Source: a virus. From it: DNA of 39,096 nucleotides. Within the stretch, counting starts at the first letter, position 1. Each line of letters begins with the position of its first letter. The translations under genes and the position numbers were made by a program. Shown in pieces: positions 26,480-34,466 of this stretch. The notes under the pieces were generated by a model that was given only the letters and a program-made list of their open reading frames with translations, searched no databases and was not told the DNA's origin. The stretch spans positions 1-39,096 of the IMG/VR virus record IMGVR_UViG_3300035556_000082, one strand, 5' to 3'.

Positions 26480-26514
26480 TGAGTCACCGCGCATTCGGAA
26501 AAGCACGCGTGCAT

Positions 26515-26760
26515 TCATGATCCCAGCCGCTCCACCATCCGCCGGACCGATTCGTATTTCGGCCCCCTCGCCCAAACTATGAGACTCGCCTCCCTCCCGA
26601 CGGGCACGATAACGCCCTCGCGCCGGAGGGCCAGCATGTAGCGGTTCCCGGACTGGTTCGGCCCCGGAAGATCCCGCGCCATGAAGCTGCCTTCCGGCAT
26701 GGCGAGGATCGTTGGGCCGAGTCCGAGCGAGACGAGTTTCGCGATCCGATTCGCATTCAT
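26515..26760 (-). CDS. Putative winged-helix protein (81 aa)
   Basis: FMARDL...GNRYMLALRREGVIVPVGRE..IVWA pattern; ATGA coupling. Confidence 0.5.
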   Translation of the reverse strand: MNANRIAKLVSLGLGPTILAMPEGSFMARDLPGPNQSGNRYMLALRREGVIVPVGREASLIVWARGPKYESVRRMVERLGS

Positions 26761-27215
26761 CCCTGCTCCTCCAACCACTCGATCATCGCCCGCCGCGCCT
26801 CCCTTTCGGGATCGGCGGCCCCGGCGATCCGTATCTCCGGGATGCCTATGCTGACGGTGAACTGCATCCCCTTCTCGTGTGCGAAGAGCTCCGCCGCGCC
26901 GGTGATCTTCCCCTCGGCGGCGATCTTACCCTCCATCAGATCGAGGGCTTCTTTCAGCCCGGCGGCGTAATTCTGTTGGGCCACAAAATGATCGATAGGC
27001 ATCGCCCCGTCCAGGTCTTTCATGGCCGCGTGGTATCGGTGGCGGATATCTGCATAAGCCACCCTCGCCAGCCGTTCACGCTCGGCCGCGCCGATCAGCC
27101 GGGACACGATCTCGTCGTTGGTCACCTGCCGCCCCTCGGCAGCGGAGGCCCGGCGGCGGAGATCGGCGAGCCGTTCCAGCGTCTCGGGGGAGACATAGGG
27201 CCTCTTCGGTGCCAT
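26757..27215 (-). CDS. Hypothetical protein with RHH-like N-terminus (152 aa)
   Basis: [14 protein letters not shown]...[11 protein letters not shown]; start overlaps the upstream TGA. Confidence 0.55.
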   Translation of the reverse strand: MAPKRPYVSPETLERLADLRRRASAAEGRQVTNDEIVSRLIGAAERERLARVAYADIRHRYHAAMKDLDGAMPIDHFVAQQNYAAGLKEALDLMEGKIAAEGKITGAAELFAHEKGMQFTVSIGIPEIRIAGAADPEREARRAMIEWLEEQG

Positions 27216-27877
27216 CAGGGTGCCTCCCCGAACAGATATTGCCTGAGCCGTTCGGCCTGCCATTTTCGTTCAGCACCCCAGGCGGCATACCTGGCGGCAT
27301 AGGCGGCATCCCTGGCGGCATACCTGGCGGCATACCTGGCGGCATAGGCGGCATCCCTGGCGGCATCCCTGGCGGCATCCCAGGCGGCATACCTGGCGGC
27401 ATCGAGTTCGGCCTGGGATGCGTTACCTATCGCGAACCGGCGTGACACCTCGATCGCGGCGCGGGGCCGAGAATCTCCAGGATACTTGGACTCGAAAATC
27501 AAAAGAACCCGTTCCGCACAGTCGCAAGCGAACAACCGTGCAGTCCGATCGTTCCAGGTGGCCAGCTTCCGGACCAGCCGCGCCTCCGAAACCACTATCT
27601 TGTCGGGCGACTCCATCCGGTCGCCTCGCCACTCGGCTTCCCAGATCGATGGACCTAACCACGAAACCAACTGAGTCTCGCCTTCACAAAGATGGTAGCC
27701 TCGTTTACATGGCTCGATGTTCTCGATTTTCGGCATCCAGCCGCCTCTGAGGTCCCACGTACCTGACCCACCATGACATGGCGTACCGTCGTGGTTCAAA
27801 ACCTTGTATAATCTCGCCCTGGCGTCGTCGATACGCTTTTCGACGAGCCGAAGCCGCATTCCTGACTCTTTCGACAT
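27215..27877 (-). CDS. Imm5-like domain protein with AAxx repeat tail
   Basis: [28 protein letters not shown] motif; CKRGYHLC; start at 27877 fits the upstream TATA. Confidence 0.7.
   Translation of the reverse strand: MSKESGMRLRLVEKRIDDARARLYKVLNHDGTPCHGGSGTWDLRGGWMPKIENIEPCKRGYHLCEGETQLVSWLGPSIWEAEWRGDRMESPDKIVVSEARLVRKLATWNDRTARLFACDCAERVLLIFESKYPGDSRPRAAIEVSRRFAIGNASQAELDAARYAAWDAARDAARDAAYAARYAARYAARDAAYAARYAAWGAERKWQAERLRQYLFGEAP
27278..27402. repeat. 12/9-bp coding tandem repeat GCCGCC(A/T)GG(G/T)AT
   Basis: Encodes AAR(Y/D)/AAWD/AAY units. Confidence 0.9.
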
Positions 27878-27906
27878 AGTACTACATAGTACCATATAGT
27901 ACTTAT
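27874..27906. promoter_or_regulatory. Three 10-bp-phased A(C/T)ATAGTAC repeats overlapping the TATA and start of the leftward early operon
   Basis: ACATAGTACT-ACATAGTACC-ATATAGTACT at 27874-27903. Confidence 0.7.
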
Positions 27907-28176
27907 AGATAACGGTCCTGAAAAGAGAGAGGTGCTGGCGGCCCCGGGTAGCATCTCCGGGACCGCCTAAGGAGGGATCTCATGGCCCTACATCATTATG
28001 AATTCGGGCGGGGGCATGATCCCCCCGCCGCTGGATCGCGTCGCGGGCAAATCTCTACCAGAGCAATGGAAGGGGTGCAAGCCCACCGCCCGCGCCGCGA
28101 GGAGGAATCGGGGCGGGCTGACGCGCCCCGCTACCCTATATGGGGCTTCGATACCATAAGTACTTTTCGCTCGATG

Positions 28177-28189
28177 GAAAGGTATATAT
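28177..28189 (+). promoter_or_regulatory. Promoter of the rightward early operon (GAAAGGTATATAT)
   Basis: About 25 nt before the ATG at 28214; the same AAGGTATATAT occurs on the minus strand at about 30941-30951. Confidence 0.6.
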
Positions 28190-28213
28190 GCCATAGAAGC
28201 GTAAAAGCGTTCT

Positions 28214-28480
28214 ATGACAGGAAAAGGAACGACCTTTCGATTAAAGCATCTTCAGGGCAAACGGCTAACACCCGCTCAGGCGATCATGGCCAAATGCTCT
28301 GACTGCATGGCCGACTATGTAGATGGTCGGGAGGACTGCGCCATCCCAACGTGCCCTCTATATCCCTGGATGCCCTACTCAAGCGCTCCCAGGGAGAAAA
28401 TTCGCCGGAAGGGTATAGAAGATCAAGCCGAAAACGATGGCGCAAAAATCGCGTCCACAGAAGGTTTAGAGGAGGACTGA
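28214..28480 (+). CDS. Small Cys-rich phage protein (88 aa)
   Basis: AIMAKCSDCM...DCAIPTCPLYPW motif common in phage early proteins. Confidence 0.7.
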   Translation: MTGKGTTFRLKHLQGKRLTPAQAIMAKCSDCMADYVDGREDCAIPTCPLYPWMPYSSAPREKIRRKGIEDQAENDGAKIASTEGLEED

Positions 28481-28483
28481 AAG

Positions 28484-28636
28484 ATGCCTACAATGAAACT
28501 GAAGCTCCTCGAGGAGCGGATCGACGAAGCCGCGGCGAAATATAAGCGGACCGGCGAGCTGGCCGACCTCTCGGAGCTGAGAGAAGCGATCAAAGAACAT
28601 CGCGCCCTGCGGGGCATCCCCTACGAGGCCCCATAA
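28484..28636 (+). CDS. Small helical protein (50 aa)
   Basis: Manual translation MPTMKLKLLEERIDEAAAKYKRTGELADLSELREAIKEHRALRGIPYEAP; GGAGG RBS. Confidence 0.6.
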   Translation: MPTMKLKLLEERIDEAAAKYKRTGELADLSELREAIKEHRALRGIPYEAP

Positions 28637-28794
28637 TGCGATATAAGGTATCCCGGCTCGTCGCCCCCGATGGGACGCGAGCCGAGCGGATCGTGTCGGC
28701 TCCGACGCCAGAGGATGCGCTCGGAGAGGTCCGCTGGGATCTGATCCGAGAGGGAAAGTCCCGCCAGGAGATGCGGGTGGAGGTGGCGCGATGA
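28636..28794 (+). CDS. Small hypothetical protein (52 aa)
   Basis: TAATG coupling upstream, ATGA downstream. Confidence 0.55.
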   Translation: MRYKVSRLVAPDGTRAERIVSAPTPEDALGEVRWDLIREGKSRQEMRVEVAR

Positions 28795-28988
28795 TCCCCC
28801 GCTCCAGACTCGTCGCCGCATACGCTGCGGCGGCGCAGCATTACGCTTCCGCCGGGAACGTCGAGGCCACGATGGAGAACCTGGCGGCGATGATCCTGGT
28901 GGAGATCGCCGGGAGGGGCACAAGATTGGGAGACGCGCCGAAGTCGCCTGCGGCTGGATACTGCGGGGTCCATAGGAGGCGACCATGA
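28791..28988 (+). CDS. Hypothetical protein (65 aa)
   Basis: GGAGGTG RBS; coupled. Confidence 0.55.
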   Translation: MIPRSRLVAAYAAAAQHYASAGNVEATMENLAAMILVEIAGRGTRLGDAPKSPAAGYCGVHRRRP

Positions 28989-29347
28989 CATCCCTCGCCG
29001 AAGTCCTGGATGCGATCGCCGAGATCGAGAGACTGGACGGATACGAAGGGCCGAAGATAGCTCGTCGCCTTCACCTAATCAGAATATCATGCCTCCACGA
29101 TTATGGCCCTGACGGCGAAGAAGTCTTCGAGGATCGTGCCGTCGGCGCGATCTGGCGGGCGGTGAAGGCCCGCCGGAACCCAAAGAACCACCTCGACGAC
29201 TGGATGATTGATATCGAGGACGGCGGGGATTCTTTCGTCGTCTTCGTAAAAGATCGCCTGGGTCACAAAATCGGGGTAGGGCAGGGGGCGCTCGCCTTCG
29301 CCGCCGCCCTCGCGTGGCTGGCGGCTATAGGAGGCGATGATCGATGA
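28985..29347 (+). CDS. Hypothetical protein (120 aa)
   Basis: GGAGG RBS; C-terminal amphipathic ALAFAAALAWLAA helix. Confidence 0.6.
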   Translation: MTSLAEVLDAIAEIERLDGYEGPKIARRLHLIRISCLHDYGPDGEEVFEDRAVGAIWRAVKARRNPKNHLDDWMIDIEDGGDSFVVFVKDRLGHKIGVGQGALAFAAALAWLAAIGGDDR

Positions 29348-29460
29348 ACCGCCGCCACTGCTACGCTTTCGCCGTGATCCACTATGCCGCCGCCCATGAT
29401 CCGGATGGCGTCGCGTTCAATTTCTTGGGGCTCCTGGTGGAGTCGATACCGAAAAGATAG
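29344..29460 (+). CDS. Small hypothetical protein (38 aa)
   Basis: ATGA coupling; ends just before the hairpin. Confidence 0.35.
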   Translation: MNRRHCYAFAVIHYAAAHDPDGVAFNFLGLLVESIPKR

Positions 29461-29464
29461 GGGG

Positions 29465-29489
29465 AACTATCCGGGCTGACCGGATAGTT
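29465..29489. terminator. Perfect 10-bp hairpin between convergent operons
   Basis: AACTATCCGG-GCTGA-CCGGATAGTT. Confidence 0.6.
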
Positions 29490-29492
29490 GGA

Positions 29493-30320
29493 TTATTTTA
29501 GAGCGTTAAGGATCGCCGCCGCCTTCTTTTTCCCGATGCCGGGGACTTCTAGGAGTTGCTCGTAAGTCCATTCCAGTCTATCGTCTGGCGTTGATCTGCC
29601 GTTCGTGATGACTCCAGCTTCCAGCACGGGGAGGATATCGGCGTCGATCATCGCCTTTGCCTTTTCGGCCCCTATCCCCGGGAGGCATCGGAGCATCGCC
29701 TCCTGGACAGATTCACATTTCGGGAGCCGCAATGCCACGTCTCCGAGGAGGATGGCCCGGGCGTCATGGAGGATCTGGGAGACGTTGGCGGCGAGGGCGT
29801 CCCGTTCGACGTCTTCAGAATGATGATGCCAGGTTTTGTAATCCAGGGGCGACATCCCAAAATCCACCTCGACCCCGGACGCCCGGAGGCTGGAGATGTC
29901 CTGCCGTACCTGGGCATCGGCTTTCGCCCGCTCGCGGGGATTCTGCCAGCCGTTCGCCGTGACCTCCGGGAGAGCTCGCAGGACGTCCCCCAGAGACCCC
30001 AGGACGGCGATCCTCAGAGGATATGGACTATTACGTCTTTGCTCCGAGAGGTGGCCCTGAAGCGATCCTACGAAGTCCCGGGGGGTCTTCAGCTCGACAC
30101 CGAGACGGCGAACCGGGCAATCCCCGACGATCTGTTTTGTGTGATCGACTTCGTACTCAAAGACCAGATCCACCTCGGCCTCGCCGTCTACCGAGTAGTC
30201 CCATCTACCAGGATCACGCTTATTTTGGCCTTCCAGCTCGTTTATGATCGCGGCGAACCGCCCGGGGGCGGTGCCGCGCTCGTTGGCTGAGATTCGGAGG
30301 GAGACGGTGGGTTCGGTCAT
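29493..30320 (-). CDS. ERCC4/XPF-like nuclease with two helix-hairpin-helix motifs
   Basis: GVELKTPRDFVGSL.GHL.EQ; HhH motifs LPGIGAEKA and VPGIGKKKA; ATGA-coupled start at 30320. Confidence 0.75.
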   Translation of the reverse strand: MTEPTVSLRISANERGTAPGRFAAIINELEGQNKRDPGRWDYSVDGEAEVDLVFEYEVDHTKQIVGDCPVRRLGVELKTPRDFVGSLQGHLSEQRRNSPYPLRIAVLGSLGDVLRALPEVTANGWQNPRERAKADAQVRQDISSLRASGVEVDFGMSPLDYKTWHHHSEDVERDALAANVSQILHDARAILLGDVALRLPKCESVQEAMLRCLPGIGAEKAKAMIDADILPVLEAGVITNGRSTPDDRLEWTYEQLLEVPGIGKKKAAAILNALK

Positions 30321-30526
30321 CTTAGCCACCCCACCAGATCATACCGGATGGCTATAAAAATGATATATGTGAGCGATTCCGTCTCTCCTGCCGGTACTTG
30401 GTTGATCTTGCCGTATATCATGGTGGTGGCGTAAAACTGGCCGTCCGGCCCCCTGACCATCCGGCGATGCAGGGTCTGATGATCGAGACCGTCCTTCAGA
30501 TGCCTACCACTAGATTTCAGGGTCAT
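30317..30526 (-). CDS. Hypothetical protein (69 aa)
   Basis: GAGGAGG RBS before the ATG at 30526. Confidence 0.45.
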   Translation of the reverse strand: MTLKSSGRHLKDGLDHQTLHRRMVRGPDGQFYATTMIYGKINQVPAGETESLTYIIFIAIRYDLVGWLR

Positions 30527-30560
30527 CCCATCGCCTCCTCGTGTATCCAGCTCACGTCGA

Positions 30561-30914
30561 TCATCGCCCCGCCTCCAGCGCCGCGATGTATGCCGCCAGG
30601 ATCGCCTCGGCGGCGGTCTCGCCGTATCCATCTTGCGAAATCGAGCCGGCTCCATCCCAAAAAATGGTGGCCTCATATTTCACATCGAAATATGAGGTAA
30701 ATCTGACCTCAAAAAACAGAAATCGGTCGTCTGCCGCGATCGCGTCCTGGATGACGCCCTGGAGACTCCACCCAAAGACCGGAGTGTCGATATCCGGATC
30801 GTCCAAGGGGCTGTCATCGAATGCTGTCATATTGCATATCACCTTGAAGTCTCGCCACGTCTCCGGGTCCAGCTCTTTCAAGCGGCCCAGAAGCTCACTC
30901 ATCGATTCTGTCAT
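30561..30914 (-). CDS. Hypothetical protein (117 aa)
   Basis: First gene of the leftward unit; C-terminal GETAAEAILAAYIAAL helix seen in small phage proteins. Confidence 0.65.
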   Translation of the reverse strand: MTESMSELLGRLKELDPETWRDFKVICNMTAFDDSPLDDPDIDTPVFGWSLQGVIQDAIAADDRFLFFEVRFTSYFDVKYEATIFWDGAGSISQDGYGETAAEAILAAYIAALEAGR

Positions 30915-30919
30915 GATCT

Positions 30920-30964
30920 CCCTATTAGGGATCGATAGATATATATACCTTCCCCCTAATTAGG
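30920..30964. promoter_or_regulatory. Shared TATA (TATATATA, 30940-30947) flanked by two palindromic operators
   Basis: CCCTA-T-TAGGG at 30920-30930 and CCTAATTAGG at 30955-30964, between divergent ATGs at 30914 and 30969. Confidence 0.7.
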
Positions 30965-30968
30965 ATAT

Positions 30969-31103
30969 ATGAACCCTGAAGATACCTTCAGTGCGGAGGT
31001 CTACATGGGCCGGGTTACGATCCCCGCCAACATCCGCAAAAGGTTTGGGATAGAGAACGGGGACGAGGCAGTTCTAGTAGTCCTAAAGAAGGTGGAGAGA
31101 TGA
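30969..31103 (+). CDS. AbrB/MazE/SpoVT-family regulator (44 aa)
   Basis: GRVTIPANIRKRFGIENGD signature. Confidence 0.85.
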   Translation: MNPEDTFSAEVYMGRVTIPANIRKRFGIENGDEAVLVVLKKVER

Positions 31104-31954
31104 CCATAGAAGAGACAGTCAAAAGTTTCATCGAGGACGTAAACGCCGAGTTCGGCTCGGACCTCGCCATAGACAGCCAGGGCGGGGATGGGGAGATATC
31201 GATCAACTGGCCCGGACACGGCCACATCTACGTAGACGCCAAAACCGGCGAGATCCTGGGGAAGACGAAGCTCCAGGGGGGACTGGTAGACAAGCTCCGG
31301 GGCGCTCTGGGGGGCAACGTCCCCGCCGTTCCGGGGCGAGGCGGCCAGATCCGACCCGCCAGCAAAGCCGCTCAATCCCTCCGAGAAATCCAGGACGAGG
31401 AAGCCATCGCCTTCGTCGTTGATAGAAAATCAGGGAAGAAGGCCCCCACCGCCGCCCTCATCTCCAGAGCGGCCAACGCCGAGGGCCTGAGCTTCGAGGT
31501 CATAGACTACGTCCACCGACGGGACTTCGTGAAGGTCTCCATCCGGGCATCCTCGCCAGATGGCCGACGAAATGACGCCGTGGTGAGCGTGTACAAGGAC
31601 GAATACCTTGCCCCCTACGCCTGGGAGTTGGTGCAAAATAACTGCCAGTCGGCGGTGGAGGCGGTTGACCCGGAGACGGGGATGCCAGTCTTCCGAGAAG
31701 GGGCGACCATCCGAGTCCCGAAGAGCCGGGATGGTTCCAGGCTCTATGAGGAGGTTCCGGTCATCCTGTGGCTCGCCCAGAAGCTCGCCGCCCGGTGGCT
31801 ATTCGCGCCCCGGAGCTGCGAGACGAAAGCCAAGGCCAGGGCAGCGAAACAACTTCTAAACACCGACTCCGCCCCCGTGAGCTGGCAAGAGCCCGAAGAG
31901 ATCGCCGACGAGGAGATGGAGTCATCACTGGTAGAGGGCGAGGTGGTGAGCTGA
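31100..31954 (+). CDS. Putative recombination / single-strand annealing protein
   Basis: FAPRSCETKAKARA resembles phage SSAP motifs; acidic C-terminal tail; family assignment uncertain. Confidence 0.45.
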   Translation: MTIEETVKSFIEDVNAEFGSDLAIDSQGGDGEISINWPGHGHIYVDAKTGEILGKTKLQGGLVDKLRGALGGNVPAVPGRGGQIRPASKAAQSLREIQDEEAIAFVVDRKSGKKAPTAALISRAANAEGLSFEVIDYVHRRDFVKVSIRASSPDGRRNDAVVSVYKDEYLAPYAWELVQNNCQSAVEAVDPETGMPVFREGATIRVPKSRDGSRLYEEVPVILWLAQKLAARWLFAPRSCETKAKARAAKQLLNTDSAPVSWQEPEEIADEEMESSLVEGEVVS

Positions 31955-32409
31955 TGCCTACATGCCCCCATTGCGGAGAAAAGACGATCGGGAGGAAGCA
32001 TTTCTCCTGGTTCTGGATGATCGGCCTCTCGCTCTTCGGCCTCCTCCCAGGAGGGCTCTACGTGCTCCGATGGGCGACGAAGGCCCCGGACCGCTGCACA
32101 GAATGCGGAAAAGCGGCGAGGTGGTGGGCTGAGATGCTCCAGATTTTGGGGCTCCTCGCCGGGGTCGCAATTGAACTGCATTACGGCCTCCCGATGAGTA
32201 CGTACCTCTTGATGATGGCGATATCGGCGGTGTCGATCGGCGCGTGCCTGCTATCTGCTTTCGCGTGGTCGGAGACGTGGGAGGAGGGCGGTAGCCTAGT
32301 CGGCACCCTCATCATCGGTGTCGATCTTATCGGAGGATTCATTTTCGGGACGATCCTTCTGATAGCGATCGGAGGAGCAATCACGCAAGTTCTGATGGGG
32401 CTGATCTGA
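31954..32409 (+). CDS. LITAF-like membrane zinc-ribbon fused to a multi-TM segment (151 aa)
   Basis: CPHC, hydrophobic hairpin, CTEC, then about 3 TM helices; start at 31954 overlaps the upstream TGA. Confidence 0.6.
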   Translation: MPTCPHCGEKTIGRKHFSWFWMIGLSLFGLLPGGLYVLRWATKAPDRCTECGKAARWWAEMLQILGLLAGVAIELHYGLPMSTYLLMMAISAVSIGACLLSAFAWSETWEEGGSLVGTLIIGVDLIGGFIFGTILLIAIGGAITQVLMGLI

Positions 32410-32410
32410 G

Positions 32411-32665
32411 ATGATCCGCCTCTTCCTTTTGGCCGCCCTCGTTATCGTCGGGGGCGGTGCCGATATCCCCTGGGACCGGATCGAGGGGCTCACGCTGGAG
32501 GAGGCGGTCGTCGTCCTCGGCCCTGGTCACGGCTTCAATGTGACGAGGGACGGGATAGTGACGTTGGACGACGGGGAGCGGATCGATATCTCATCCCCGG
32601 CCCCGTTCGGTTTTGTGGGGCCGGTCACGGCCGGTATCGATCCCGCCACTCGGCGGAGATGGTAG
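32411..32665 (+). CDS. Small exported protein (84 aa)
   Basis: MIRLFLLAALVIVGGGA signal-like N-terminus; 41-nt tail-to-tail overlap with the next gene. Confidence 0.5.
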   Translation: MIRLFLLAALVIVGGGADIPWDRIEGLTLEEAVVVLGPGHGFNVTRDGIVTLDDGERIDISSPAPFGFVGPVTAGIDPATRRRW

Positions 32666-34466
32666 CCCGCCCGGTGCCGGACACCCGGAGGACTCTCTCC
32701 TCCCCGGCCGGGATCTTCGGCACATCGGCCCCGGAGACGGCCCGGAGCTGGACTATTTTGAGATCATCGATCGAGAGGGACGTGATCGCGTCGTCGCACC
32801 TCCACCGGATCCAGACCTCGACGTACCCCTCGGCCTGAGGGACGTAGATCTCATTCTCGGCGCCGTCGACCCATCGGGAATTATTCGAGACTTCGAGCCA
32901 CGAGCCGCCCCCGTCGACCGAGACCTCGAGGAGCGCCTCGCCCGTCCCGGCCTCGGTGGGAGTGAACGTCACCAGGAGGCCGCCCCTTTTGATCGGCCAC
33001 TGGCCGACGAGCGCGTACCCGGCATAGCTGGAGGTCTCGATCACCAGGGCCCCGTCGGCGACGGCCGCGGTGCCGTCCTCGAAGCCGTCATAGGCGAACC
33101 GGGCCCCGGAGCCGAAGTCGTCGGAGTAGGTCTGCCGGATCTGGCCGAACCGATCCACCTCCAGGACCTCGGCGGGGAAGAGGCCGGGAGAGAGGGCGAT
33201 GGAGGCGACCACCTCGGCCTCGTCATCGAGGAGCTCCAGGGCGATCGAGCCCTCCAGGCCCACCGACATCCAGCCGCTCTCACCCTCGGCGAAACCCATC
33301 AGCGTCCCGTCGTTCCCCTCACCGGAGAGGTCGGTGAGCGTCGCCCCCTCGCCCTCCGAGAAATCGTAGTGGAGGACGAGATCGGTATCGGAGACGGTAT
33401 CGCCGTTATAAGCGTCCTCGACCTCGGTGGCGGAAAGGATGCGAGTCCAGATACGGACCCGATTCATGGTGCATCCCAGCGGCCCATCTCCGGGCGGGGA
33501 GGTTCCCCGCCCGCCCGCTATCTCCAGATCGAACGACGACCCTATTGCCGGGGCTCCGGTAATGTCCAGGGTCGCCGCGAGGATGCCGTCAATGTAGACC
33601 TTCGCCTCCTCGTTTGTTACGTCGTGAGTGATCACGAGGTGCACCGGCACCCCGAACGCCACGTTGTCAACAAACGCAAAATTCGGGTCGAGATCGTCAC
33701 CGAACCCCCAATAAACCGAATTAGTCCCGGCGACTAATGGCGGGTTGATCGCCATCTGGAGCGACCCCGCATCCGCATGATCCCCCTCCGCCGGATGGTA
33801 CGCCACCAGACCGGGATAATAATCCGTCGGCACCTCATCCATCGTCAGGAGAAACTCGAATGAGACCGCGTTCCCCCCCAGATCCACAGCCCCGGCATCA
33901 ATGTAGTCGTCGTCCCCGTCCAGCTTGAGGGCCGTCTCCGCCCCAGCCTCGACCTCCAGGGAGTATAGGCCCGCGTCCAGGTTCCCGGCGTTCTCGATCG
34001 CCTCGGCCATCGTCAACGGCAGCTCGCCGTCGTCGTCCCAGGCCGTCGGGGTGGCGGCATAGAGCTCCGCCGCCTCAGCCCAGAACTCAGCAGTCTTCCG
34101 GACGATCCCCCCACCACCGGCCGAAGGCCCGATCTCAGAATCGCCCACCGACCCATAGACGACCGCAAACCGATCGGTCCGTCCGAAATAGAGCCGATCC
34201 GTCTCCTGGTTCCCGGAGAGATCGTCGATGAGGGCGGAGATCTCGTCATCATCGCCTATCTGATCGGCGAGGGTCGGCAGGAACTGAAGCTCCGCCTTCA
34301 GGGCGAGCGGCTCGCGGCCCTCCTCCCAGACGACGGCCCGACTGCTCCCGATGATCGCCGAAGTCTTCATTTTGCGGCCCGCTCCTTTGGCCCGGGCAGA
34401 CCCCCACCGGACGTAAGGGGAGATATCAGTATCCCCGACTTTCACGATTCGAGATATTGAGGTCAT
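32625..34466 (-). CDS. Distal-tail-like protein with inserted LamG/concanavalin-like domain
   Basis: ALKLDGDDDYID, HLVITHD....KVYIDG, RVRIWTRILSATEV, LVLHYDFSEG.G.T..D.SG.GNDG are LamG-like signatures. Confidence 0.75.
   Translation of the reverse strand: MTSISRIVKVGDTDISPYVRWGSARAKGAGRKMKTSAIIGSSRAVVWEEGREPLALKAELQFLPTLADQIGDDDEISALIDDLSGNQETDRLYFGRTDRFAVVYGSVGDSEIGPSAGGGGIVRKTAEFWAEAAELYAATPTAWDDDGELPLTMAEAIENAGNLDAGLYSLEVEAGAETALKLDGDDDYIDAGAVDLGGNAVSFEFLLTMDEVPTDYYPGLVAYHPAEGDHADAGSLQMAINPPLVAGTNSVYWGFGDDLDPNFAFVDNVAFGVPVHLVITHDVTNEEAKVYIDGILAATLDITGAPAIGSSFDLEIAGGRGTSPPGDGPLGCTMNRVRIWTRILSATEVEDAYNGDTVSDTDLVLHYDFSEGEGATLTDLSGEGNDGTLMGFAEGESGWMSVGLEGSIALELLDDEAEVVASIALSPGLFPAEVLEVDRFGQIRQTYSDDFGSGARFAYDGFEDGTAAVADGALVIETSSYAGYALVGQWPIKRGGLLVTFTPTEAGTGEALLEVSVDGGGSWLEVSNNSRWVDGAENEIYVPQAEGYVEVWIRWRCDDAITSLSIDDLKIVQLRAVSGADVPKIPAGEERVLRVSGTGRATISAEWRDRYRP

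Noticed and set aside
27076-27402. Plus-strand [11 protein letters not shown]... and a possible CRISPR-like array
   Set aside because: It is the antisense reading of the 12-bp coding repeat; there are no unique spacers and no CRISPR-length repeats
28072-28084. T-arm-like GGGGTGCAAGCCC suggesting a tRNA or attP fragment
   Set aside because: No acceptor, D or anticodon arms can be built, and there is no integrase
32613-33737. Long plus-strand ORFs antisense to structural genes (also 13913..14854 and 9241..9981)
   Set aside because: Shadow ORFs typical of high-GC coding DNA; no motifs, RBS or promoters
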